A stretch of DNA of 64,000 nt, from positions 2,144,001 through 2,208,000 of the forward strand of contig OY970340.1 of NCBI GenBank assembly GCA_963717465.1. The letters run 5' to 3'. Origin of the DNA: Candidatus Bathyarchaeota archaeon. GTDB taxonomy: Archaea > Thermoproteota > Bathyarchaeia > Bathyarchaeales > Bathycorpusculaceae. A model generated the notes under the pieces. The model was not told the origin of the DNA, made no database searches, and was given only the letters and a program-made list of their open reading frames with translations. Positions 30,860-39,990 of the stretch are shown in pieces (position 1 is the first letter of the stretch; the number at the start of each line of letters is the position of its first letter). The translations under genes were made by a program, and so were the position numbers.

Positions 30860-31495
30860 ATGGTCGAAATTGAAGATCTTAGAAAAGTGACAGCAGACGT
30901 AAAAATGGAAGAAATGGAAAAAATGACAAATGAACTCATTGCCAAAGGCGTTGACCCAGTTAAAATCCTTAACGACGGCATTGTAAGAGGTCTCTATGAT
31001 TTAGGCGATAAATTTGAAAAGAGAAAGGCCTTCATCCCAGATCTAGTAAGAGGTGAAAAAGCAGCCAGAAAATGCATCGAAATATTAACAAAACTCCTCC
31101 CAGCACAATCAAGTAAAATTTCCAAGAAAATAGTTATTGGAACCATGCTCAGCCAGCATAACATTGGCAAAAACCTTGTGAGCACCTTCCTATCAATCAA
31201 CGGATTCGACGTGATTGACATCGGCGAGAAAAAGGAGCCGTGGGATTTCTATGAAAAAGCCGAGCAAGTTCACGCAGACATGATTGCGGTCTCATGCATC
31301 TTTTTGCCATCCCTGACTAAGTTCCCAGAGTTGATTGACGTGTTAAAGCAAATGAAAGTACGCGACAAATACAAGGTCATTGTAGGCGGGACTTTAACCT
31401 CAAAGAAATGGGCTGAAGAGAACGGTGCTGACGGCTGGGGCTTTGACGCAAACGAAGGTGTACAAGTAGCAAAGAAATTACTCGGCGTGGCCTAA
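30860..31495 (+). CDS. Methyltransferase cognate corrinoid protein
   Basis: Cap domain (GDKFE...FIPDL), HNIGKNLV, NGFDVIDIG, KVIVGG, GADG. Confidence 0.9.
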   Translation: MVEIEDLRKVTADVKMEEMEKMTNELIAKGVDPVKILNDGIVRGLYDLGDKFEKRKAFIPDLVRGEKAARKCIEILTKLLPAQSSKISKKIVIGTMLSQHNIGKNLVSTFLSINGFDVIDIGEKKEPWDFYEKAEQVHADMIAVSCIFLPSLTKFPELIDVLKQMKVRDKYKVIVGGTLTSKKWAEENGADGWGFDANEGVQVAKKLLGVA

Positions 31496-31548
31496 AAAAC
31501 CAAGCGCTGACGAAAACTGTTCATTACTGCTTGAGAAGTGAATTACTG

Positions 31549-32469
31549 ATGGTTCTTAGGTTTAAACGAGAACAGCTAACTTATGATATTTCAGGCACTA
31601 AAATCGGTGGACAACCTGGCGAGTATCCGACTGCTCTGGTTGGAAGCATATTCTATTCTGGTGGCAAAATGGTAAAAGACCCACAAAAAGGAATTTTTGA
31701 CCACGACAAAGCTAGAGCCACAATTGCCAAGCAAGATGAAATGTCACAGAAAACAGGAATTCCCGCCATAGTAGATGTTGTCGCCTCGACAGGGGAAGCA
31801 ATGGCAAATTACATCGAATTCGTCGCTGACGTTACAAAGGCACCAATGTTCATTGACTCTCCACAACCTGATGTTCGTCTTCATGCTTGCAAACATGCTG
31901 TCCAAGTTGGTCTGCGTAGTCGCATTGTATACAGTTCCATTACTCCTGCGTTCAAGATAAAGAGCTTGAAGCAATAAAGGAGTTAGGTCTTGAATCATGT
32001 GTTATATTGGCGTTCCATGGAGATGAGTTTCTGCCAGAGCAAAAACTTGAACTCTTGCAGGGAACTGATAAACAAGAAGGCTTAATTTCTAAAGTGAAGA
32101 GAGCAGGAATCAAAAACATCTTAATCGACAACGCAGTTTTAGACGTGCCAAGCGTCGCTTACGTCGTCGCTTCCATTAACGCGGTTAAGGAAACATTAGG
32201 AATGCCGTGTGGCTGTGCACCAGCAAACGTCTTTGATACTTGGCCCAGAATTAAAGAGCTTGGAGAAAGTGCTTCAGACGTATGTTACGCTTCATTGCCA
32301 GTATTCATTCAAATTCACGGTGCAGACTGGCTTCTATACGGCCCAATGAAGAATGCAGACATCGTGTTTCCAGCTGTTGCCATGTCAAACTGCGATAATA
32401 ACTTATAGCGGCGTAATAAACGGCTTCGAAGCTAAAACCGAGAAAACCCCACTATACACGGTATTTTAA
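31549..32469 (+). CDS. MtrH-like methylcorrinoid:pterin methyltransferase (indels near 31960 and 32390)
   Basis: GGQPGEYPTALVGSIFY, IDS, GCAPAN, GADWLLYGP, ends PLYTVF*. Confidence 0.85.
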
Positions 32470-32590
32470 CCGAGGCAATTGCCTTGGTTCCCGCACTCTT
32501 TATTTTTTAAAGCGCAAAGAAATTTTAAAATTTTTTTCGTAGATTAGTTGTATTCTGTGCGTTTTTTAAAAAATATAGAATCCAGATTTG

Positions 32591-32782
32591 TTAGGTATTT
32601 TGCGAATCATTAAAATCAGGAAAATCCTGAAAATCTGGAAAATTCTGCGAATGGCATCGAGAATCTGGAAAAACTGAAAAAGAAAAAATTTTCTTCACAG
32701 AAAACGAACATATCTGACCCTTGTTCTTTTGCTTTTTTAGATTAAACGATTGTTGTTTTACTTCTATCTTAGTAACGTCCAC
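32591..32782 (-). CDS. Short ORF with C-terminal FxD repeats
   Basis: ...FPD...NFPDFQDFPDFND; same strand, just downstream of the U32 pair; start uncertain. Confidence 0.35.
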   Translation of the reverse strand: MDVTKIEVKQQSFNLKKQKNKGQICSFSVKKIFSFSVFPDSRCHSQNFPDFQDFPDFNDSQNT

Positions 32783-32860
32783 CGTTTGGTCATTTTCGTT
32801 TTGATTTTCGCTGCCTATAATGTTCTTGGTCGTTAGCCAGCCTTTTTCAATTTGATTTTA

Positions 32861-33754
32861 CTAAGCGTTTTTGAATGATTGAATGAAATCGTCTATTTTC
32901 TGTCTTTTGTCTATGCGTGTGACTGGGTTCATTGAAATCACAAATTCTTCTACAGTGCTTCTTTTCAATTTTTTTATATCTTCTCGAAGAGGTTGCGCAA
33001 ATCTAAATACGGCATTTCCGTACAGAAAAAGTTCAGGCATTGGTAGGAACTCGTTCAAGAAGAATCCTTCTGAGACCTCTTTTCTTGGCAGCTTTAGTAA
33101 AAACGCGTTTTCAAAGCATGACTTGGAGCATTCTTCAGGGCTTTTTTCTCCAACAAAACGTGCTGTGTGGCATCTTCTGGCTAGGGTAACGGGAACTAAA
33201 TGAACGTGTACGCAAAGTTTGAGACCTGAATTTACTAGAGAATCAAAGCTGGCAAATGAGATCCAATCTATATCCACATTTCTTATTCCGCAAGATTGAA
33301 AGAATTCTATGGTTAAAGCGTAGTTCAGGCTTGTTGAATAGAACACTTTATTGAATCGTCTGTTTTCAAGTAGTCCCGAATCTGTGATCATGTCTATCCA
33401 GGGGCTTCGAGCAGGCGTTCTTATCAATTGTCTTCCCAAAATCGGGTGCATTCTATCATAATTTCCAACGATGTTAAGTGCTCCAAGATCGTTCACTACT
33501 ACGTCTGAAATGCCCTTTTCGTTTAGAAAAGCTAAGTGTTTTCTAAGTTTTTCGACGCCGCTGTTTGAAAGTCTTGGAGTAACGTATGTGAACTTTTTTC
33601 CAGTTTCGCAAATAATCTCATATGCGCTCTGCAGCATTTCAAGGCTTGGCATCTTGTACTCGCAAAATTCTGAGCCGAAACGTACACTATTGCACTTGCT
33701 GTTTGCTGCTTCTTCTAGCAACCTAAAGTCATCGAGTTGAACAGTAAAATTCAC
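32861..33754 (-). CDS. U32 family Fe-S protein (UbiV-like partner)
   Basis: FGSEFC, VVNDLG, RCH...ECSKSC, GNAVF. Confidence 0.75.
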   Translation of the reverse strand: MNFTVQLDDFRLLEEAANSKCNSVRFGSEFCEYKMPSLEMLQSAYEIICETGKKFTYVTPRLSNSGVEKLRKHLAFLNEKGISDVVVNDLGALNIVGNYDRMHPILGRQLIRTPARSPWIDMITDSGLLENRRFNKVFYSTSLNYALTIEFFQSCGIRNVDIDWISFASFDSLVNSGLKLCVHVHLVPVTLARRCHTARFVGEKSPEECSKSCFENAFLLKLPRKEVSEGFFLNEFLPMPELFLYGNAVFRFAQPLREDIKKLKRSTVEEFVISMNPVTRIDKRQKIDDFIQSFKNA

Positions 33755-34762
33755 TTTTGCGCTACTCCTGTGCTCGGCTTTGCTGATATGGGTATTTTAT
33801 AAGGAGCATGGAAAAAGGGAAGATAATAACATCGCTTCTGTTTACACGAGTTAGGCGGCAGGCTTGCACTGTATTCCCTATTTTTTATTGACTCCAATTT
33901 CTTTTGGAACACATCTAATTGACCGTGCTCTATTAAATCTGTGAGTTCACGGTACATTCTAGTAGTCTCTTCCACATATGCCGTTGGCGCACCCCTGCCC
34001 ACAATCTTAAATCCAGAAACACCGCTTCGAACCAAATCTGGTAATTGGCAAAGGGAGCAGAATGAAAAGGCGTCTAGTATCGGTTTCACAGCCTATTTTC
34101 ATTTGCCTGTCATCGTATATTTTATACATGTCATATGGAAGTCGACATAGCGTAAAGGCAAAAGTTGACGGCCCGTGAATTTTGGAATCAACGTGCTCTG
34201 TGCAGCCGTAACAGTTTACGTTAATGTTGGAGCAACCTGGACCATGAACAAAAATTTCTATCGCAACGTCTTTGTTGCTTTGAACGATTTCTCGTATCTC
34301 ATCGATTGCTAAATGACGTTCAAGCACAATTCTCTTAAACTCAAGCTTCTTTAAGAATTTAACAGCTTCATAATTCATGGACGCCATGTAAGTGCTTGCG
34401 TAAACGGGCACGTCCAACCCCATTTTCTTTATCAATAAAGCAATCCCAATGTCACTAGCTATTATCGCGTCAACGCCCTTTTCAACGCAACAACAAATGT
34501 AATTCTTAATTTCTTTTTCTATTCCTGCAGAAATAAAGGGCAATTCAGTAGTAACAAATACTTTTATGCCGCGGCCATGAGCATAACTAACAATTTTTCC
34601 AAGTTCACTATAAGATGAGAGGCTGCATTGAGTAGGACGAGTACTTAATCCAACATACTCAACACCTTCTATTTTAACGCCACAATAAAGCTCGTCAGCC
34701 CCTGCAGAAATCGCCGCTACAGCTCCTTCAAGAGAAGTAACTGGCGAAAGAATCTTAACCAC
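33751..34762 (-). CDS. U32 family Fe-S protein (UbiU/TrhP-like; frameshift near 34085)
   Basis: ILSP, AGADELYCG, AST, RIVLERHL, EIFVHG.GC..C..C, FCSLC, KIVGR. Confidence 0.85.
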
Positions 34763-34999
34763 TCTCTGAATCGCCACCGAAATTAAAAGGTGAACAGCCA
34801 AAGATCACCAAATTCAACTCCCTAAATCTAACCCAAACAAAAGACCGCGAATCAATATATAACTATTTTATTTAAACAAAATTCACCAATAGGCAAATAA
34901 CAGAAGCAAAAATGTTGCATATGCATGAGACCTGCTTTTAAAAGCTAAATCTACGCTTTTTGTTTTTTAATTAGCTTGTTAATCTCATGCTTACAAATT

Positions 35000-35896
35000 T
35001 TACTTTTCAGATAATGTTAAGTTGACATTTGCATTTGGCGAATGTGAGTGAGATAAGATTACGAAATCAGCTAAGTTGCCAAGAAGATCTCTAGCCTTGC
35101 TTGGTTTAAGTTTTTCAAGTTTTTGTTTTGCTTCAAAAACAAGTGAAGCAGACATTTTTTCAAGATACTTAGCAGTGCTTGTTTTAGCTAAACTTGAATT
35201 TGAAACTTGCACCATTTTTACTAGCGAGCTTGTTTCCCAATCTAAAATGTCATCCTGAATTTGGTACGCAGTACCGACCAGTTTACCGTACTCCGACAAA
35301 GCTTCAATCTCTGCTTCGCTAGCACCGCCGATTAGCGCCCCAAGCTTTGCTGAGACCTCAAAAAGAGAAGCAGTCTTCTTCTCAACAATGCCAACAAACT
35401 TGTCTAAGCTTACGCTTTCCGAAGTATTCACAACTTCTAGCTCTTCAAGCTCTCCTTCGCACATCATGCGAGCTCCGAAGGCAAGCGTTCGTGTAACTCT
35501 TGCGTCAGAATATTTTGCGGCAATGTTAAGAATCATCGAAAGAATGAAATCTGCACTAAGGGCAGATAATCCCCAGCCGTACAGGGCGTGAAAGGCTGCG
35601 GAGCCTCGCCTTAGGATGTCTTTATCAATTATGTCATCATGAATTAGGGATTCTGTGTGAGCGAGTTCTACCGCGACTGCTGCTGGCAGTGGACTCAGCC
35701 CTTTTCCGCCCACACTTTCGTGAGAAAGAACGAGTAATATTGGTCTTATCCGTCCGCCTCCTCGGGTAGCGTATGTCAGAGGCGTGAAGAACACTGAATC
35801 TCTGTAATTGTTGAGTTCGTCGGATAGAGCCTTTTCAATTTCGCTAACGTAGCCTTTTGTTTCAGTGCGAAATGAAGAAACATCTAATTTAGCCAT
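35000..35896 (-). CDS. Polyprenyl diphosphate synthase
   Basis: GG.RIRP, SLIHDDIID, KKTASLF, YQIQDDILD. Confidence 0.9.
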   Translation of the reverse strand: MAKLDVSSFRTETKGYVSEIEKALSDELNNYRDSVFFTPLTYATRGGGRIRPILLVLSHESVGGKGLSPLPAAVAVELAHTESLIHDDIIDKDILRRGSAAFHALYGWGLSALSADFILSMILNIAAKYSDARVTRTLAFGARMMCEGELEELEVVNTSESVSLDKFVGIVEKKTASLFEVSAKLGALIGGASEAEIEALSEYGKLVGTAYQIQDDILDWETSSLVKMVQVSNSSLAKTSTAKYLEKMSASLVFEAKQKLEKLKPSKARDLLGNLADFVILSHSHSPNANVNLTLSEK

Positions 35897-36117
35897 TTAT
35901 TTCACAAGAAATAATTGAACCGGACGTTTTTAAAGATTATTTCAAGGAAATATTAAACTCCAAATATAACTTTCAGTTATCAACAATCGTTATAATGCCT
36001 TATTACATGACTTTACGATCAGTAGAACGTCCATCAGAACCATGTGACATGCCAAGAATTGATTTAAGCATTATAAGTTTTAAATACATGAAATAACCAT
36101 GTTCTGTTGATTCAACC

Positions 36118-36528
36118 ATGGACTACAATTACAATGACCTCTTAAAGAAAGCTGTATCACAGTTACCAGAGGTTTCCCTAAAACGCGAACGTCTCGAATT
36201 ACCTAGGCTATTCATAACCACAGTCGGCATGCGAACCATAATCTCTAATTTCAAAGAAGTCGCTGACGCATTAGACAGAGATCCGCAACACATATTGAAA
36301 TTCCTAACGCGCGAAATGGCTACAGCCGCCACATTTCATGACTCAAGAGCCATTTTCCAAGGAAAATTCCAACGCGAAAGCTTTGAACGCTTGCTGCAAA
36401 GATACATGGAAAGCTTTGTAATTTGCCCTGTATGCAAGCGTCCAGATACAAAAATTGTTAAAGAGAAACGTTTAGCCTTTCTCGTTTGTAACGCTTGCGG
36501 AGCGAGATCATCAATTAAGCAAATATAA
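36118..36528 (+). CDS. eif2b: Translation initiation factor aIF-2 beta
   Basis: TIISNF, RDPQH, CPVCKRPDT...CNACGA. Confidence 0.95.
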   Translation: MDYNYNDLLKKAVSQLPEVSLKRERLELPRLFITTVGMRTIISNFKEVADALDRDPQHILKFLTREMATAATFHDSRAIFQGKFQRESFERLLQRYMESFVICPVCKRPDTKIVKEKRLAFLVCNACGARSSIKQI

Positions 36529-36542
36529 AGAGAGCGTAAAAA

Positions 36543-36839
36543 TTGGAAGTCTACGTAAATCTCAAGCAAATAGGAAGAAACGTGCTATTGGCAATTTGCG
36601 ATTGTGAATTACTTGGAAAAACGCTTAGGGATGGCAAAATCGTATTTAAAGTAAAAAATGAGTTTTACAACGGAAGAAAAGCCAGTGTTGAAGAAGCAGT
36701 TGGCTTAATCAATAACTCCACTATCATAAACCTTGTGGGCAAGAATTGTGTTGAGAAAGCAATCGCTCAAGGTTATGTTCATCCCGAAGCCGTCATAAAA
36801 ATTGACGGCGTCCCTCACGCTCAAATCATTAAGATTTAA
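36543..36839 (+). CDS. DUF424 family protein
   Basis: AICD.ELLGK, FYNG, NLVG, IDGVPHAQ. Confidence 0.85.
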   Translation: MEVYVNLKQIGRNVLLAICDCELLGKTLRDGKIVFKVKNEFYNGRKASVEEAVGLINNSTIINLVGKNCVEKAIAQGYVHPEAVIKIDGVPHAQIIKI

Positions 36840-36962
36840 ACGCGATTCTTTACAGAAGTAAATTGCTTATTGCAACCGCTTAATATTCAACTGAATTATC
36901 GCATTGAGTAAAAGCTTAATAGCCAAAATTTATTTAATTATAATCTAGAAGGAAATAAGTCC

Positions 36963-37943
36963 TTGTCTATTTCTAGATTCCTAAAAGATACCGCAGCAAA
37001 AAGCATCTCTAAAGTTTTACCACTACTAGCATGGGACAAAAGATGCTTTGAAATATTCCAAAAAGCAGGATTTCACGTTCAACCAAATCTCTGTCACTAT
37101 CCTTCACCCGATACAAGAACGTTAGATGACAAGTTATGGGAAAAAGAATCAGAACTTGTCGGCTTAAACATGAATTCAAGCGGGCAACTAAACTTATTAA
37201 ATGAAGGCTTCTCTCACTTCAAAAAAGAATTCAATTTTCCAGTTGAAAAAAGCACCACAATGCATGAATATGATTTTCACTTAAGCAACTTAACTTTTGG
37301 TTCAGGCGGTGATGCTGAAGTGCTGCATTCAATGATACGCTTCTTTAAGCCTAAACGCATAATTGAAATTGGCTCAGGCTTCTCAACGTATATTTCGGCT
37401 AGGGCTTGCCTATTGAACGAGGAGAAAGATGGTGTTAATACTAAGCTTATTGCTATTGAGCCTTATGCAAATGATACCTTAAAGAAAGGCTTTCCTGGAT
37501 TGACCAAATTACTTCAAAAACCTCTTGAACAAGTTGATCTGGAACTATTCCAAAGCCTTGAAGAAAATGATATTCTGTTTATCGATTCAACGCATGTATT
37601 AAAAATAGGCGGTGACGTAAAGTATGAGTATCTGGATATTCTGCCCAGACTAAAAGAAGGCGTTATCGTTCATAGCCATGATATTTTCTTCCCATGGGAA
37701 TATCCTAAAAGCTGGATCAGGGATGAACATTGGTTTTGGACTGAACAATACCTTTTACAAGCGTTTTTAACGTTTAATTCAGAGTTTGAAATTTTATGGG
37801 CAAGTTACTACATGGCAAAAAAGTATCCAGACATGGTGCAAGCTGTATTTCCATCATTTCAAAAGCTATCATCCAACGAGTATAATAAAGCTCGAGGAGC
37901 TAGCCTTTGGATAAGAAGGAAGATAACTGCAAGCGTACACTGA
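36963..37943 (+). CDS. Class I SAM methyltransferase (Methyltransf_24-like)
   Basis: IIEIGSGFST, LFIDSTH, HSHDIF.P.EYP, WTEQYLLQAFL. Confidence 0.85.
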   Translation: MSISRFLKDTAAKSISKVLPLLAWDKRCFEIFQKAGFHVQPNLCHYPSPDTRTLDDKLWEKESELVGLNMNSSGQLNLLNEGFSHFKKEFNFPVEKSTTMHEYDFHLSNLTFGSGGDAEVLHSMIRFFKPKRIIEIGSGFSTYISARACLLNEEKDGVNTKLIAIEPYANDTLKKGFPGLTKLLQKPLEQVDLELFQSLEENDILFIDSTHVLKIGGDVKYEYLDILPRLKEGVIVHSHDIFFPWEYPKSWIRDEHWFWTEQYLLQAFLTFNSEFEILWASYYMAKKYPDMVQAVFPSFQKLSSNEYNKARGASLWIRRKITASVH

Positions 37944-38006
37944 AATTACAAGACGGAACCCTTGCTTTTTATTTGCGATAATCTTTCGCTCATAGTATTT
38001 ACCGGC

Positions 38007-38070
38007 TTAGATTCAGCCTAAGGTTTGTCGGAGAACTTGGAAAGACGGCAAACCTTAGGTGTGAGTCTGG
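38007..38070 (+). ncRNA. Long hairpin, candidate structured RNA
   Basis: About 24-bp stem (cctaaggtttg/caaaccttagg core) whose non-Watson-Crick pairs are G-U on the + strand. Confidence 0.4.
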
Positions 38071-38086
38071 TTGGATTATCCAACCA
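38068..38086. promoter_or_regulatory. Palindromic operator-like site, copy 1
   Basis: tggttggattatccaacca. Confidence 0.6.
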
Positions 38087-38188
38087 TTATTTGATAATTA
38101 ATCCATATAAACTTTACTAGGCAATAAAAATTAGTGACTTTCGCCTGCTGAAAAGCAAACGAGCAGTAAAATAAAAAAAAATCAAGTG

Positions 38189-38782
38189 TTAACTTTGGTT
38201 TCTTCTATTCCTGCTTAGCCATTCTTTAAAACTGCCTGTATACATTCCCCAAGCTTTGAGTTTTGGTGAGATAGCTCTAATCAAAGCTGGAGAGATTATG
38301 CATACTATTGGCAAGTTGATTAGAAATGTGCTTATGAAAGCTAATTCAGCCCATTCTGAAGTTGGAAATAATACTGGCAAAATTGTATATTGCCAAACGA
38401 TATAGGCTAATCCAACAAAGAGCGTCAAAGCATATACGCCTGCGAGGTAAGCGAGATTTCGTTTTTTTCCTTTCTCACCTGCATTTCGTGGCATGAGAAC
38501 CCAATTCATCATGTAGATTAGAAAAGCTACGACTGCTTCAAAGATGCCGAGTGGACCTAGACCTTCCGCGAAGGCTCCGCCTATAAACGCTCCAATCATG
38601 CTGCCTATTAGCCCGTTCCACCCGAACCATAGAGGGAAAACTCCTAGTAGAACTATTGGGAGATAGAGCAATGCGAATTTAGAAATATTAATTGCTGATG
38701 ACACAAAAAACAAGGCAGCGTAGATTGCTGCAGACATTGCCATTATGGACACTGATTTAGCTGAAATTGTTTTTCTATTCAT
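38189..38782 (-). CDS. QueT/ECF S-component-like membrane protein
   Basis: MAMSAAIYAAL, PLWFG; about 5-6 TM helices; downstream of cobT. Confidence 0.6.
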   Translation of the reverse strand: MNRKTISAKSVSIMAMSAAIYAALFFVSSAINISKFALLYLPIVLLGVFPLWFGWNGLIGSMIGAFIGGAFAEGLGPLGIFEAVVAFLIYMMNWVLMPRNAGEKGKKRNLAYLAGVYALTLFVGLAYIVWQYTILPVLFPTSEWAELAFISTFLINLPIVCIISPALIRAISPKLKAWGMYTGSFKEWLSRNRRNQS

Positions 38783-38798
38783 TTTCCCTTTCCTCCAT

Positions 38799-39899
38799 TC
38801 AATTTTGCTGTTTTGAATTTACTAGGTGAGCGTAATTTGTTTCAATCTCCGACAGCAACATGTCTGATGTAATTTTGCCTTTTGACTTTGCCATAGCAGC
38901 TATGCTTGTCCCTCCAACGCCAACTCCTTCTTTTACAACGCCAGCTTCGTACGCTTGTAAACCCTTGAATTTTGATTTACTAAAATTCAAGTTTGCTACG
39001 AGAATTGGGGCGTCAGCGATTTGAGTAACTATTCCTTTAAGATCAGATGACTTGTCTTCAATAATCCATCTTGTAGTTCCAATTGCTACGTTCTTCAAAA
39101 CCTCATTGTCTAAAGCTTTGATAATGGATAAAACTGCAGCCATTTGGGTTCCTCCAGCCATTAAAACAGGAACATTCTCTGCCGCACCTAAAACCAACCC
39201 TGCGAATGCGGGCATCATTGGGTCGCCTAAACACGAAACTGCCTTAAGAGGTTCCTTTTTAAAAGCGCCTGGTCCGATGTTAAGTGTTTTGAGGCCTTGT
39301 TCAACTGCTTTGGTTTTGAGGTCATGAGGGTTCCCAGGCATGCTGCTGCTGACTTTTCCTTTTGCGTCTATGCCCATTGCAAGCAGAACGCCGAGTGCAG
39401 TTGTGGTTCCTCCGGGAATGCTTTCTCCTATGACGAGGTAATCTGCGGTTTGTGATAGCATTTTTCCAGCGAGTTGAGCTCTTTGCAGGACTTTTTCTGC
39501 GTTTTCTACGGCTTTTCCAGTTCGTATGTCTCCACCGTGTTTTCCGCCTAAATCAACGAATGGAACTTGAGGCAACACACGTAACCCTGCATTAACTGGC
39601 AATGCTGGTATGTCTGCCAGCTTCAGCGCTGACATGGTAACTAATGCGGGAGTAGGAATGCCGTCAGGTGTAACAGGTACGCCGTTGATGCATTTGCATC
39701 GACCAAGAAGTAATAGTTCTACATCTGCAGGTGGCGTATAATCGGTTATTTCCGGGCATGCTCCTGCGGCTGATATGCCAGGGATTTTAGCTGTCTCCGT
39801 TGTACCAATCGTGCATAAAAAAAGCGGTTTTTTTCCAGTTATTTTTTTAAGGAAACTTTTGCTTTTAACTTCGTTGTTAACTATAGTTATATCTTGCAT
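38799..39899 (-). CDS. cobT: Archaeal NaMN:base phosphoribosyltransferase CobT
   Basis: GISAAG, PTPA, GESIPGGTTTA, GDPM, AGGTQM, KEGVG. Confidence 0.9.
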   Translation of the reverse strand: MQDITIVNNEVKSKSFLKKITGKKPLFLCTIGTTETAKIPGISAAGACPEITDYTPPADVELLLLGRCKCINGVPVTPDGIPTPALVTMSALKLADIPALPVNAGLRVLPQVPFVDLGGKHGGDIRTGKAVENAEKVLQRAQLAGKMLSQTADYLVIGESIPGGTTTALGVLLAMGIDAKGKVSSSMPGNPHDLKTKAVEQGLKTLNIGPGAFKKEPLKAVSCLGDPMMPAFAGLVLGAAENVPVLMAGGTQMAAVLSIIKALDNEVLKNVAIGTTRWIIEDKSSDLKGIVTQIADAPILVANLNFSKSKFKGLQAYEAGVVKEGVGVGGTSIAAMAKSKGKITSDMLLSEIETNYAHLVNSKQQN

Positions 39900-39990
39900 T
39901 TTCTCAATCTCGGAGACTTTTTGCTTTCAAAGCAAGAATGGTAAATAATATAAGCCTTTTCTGCCGCATTACAAATGTAGTGTGTAAACT

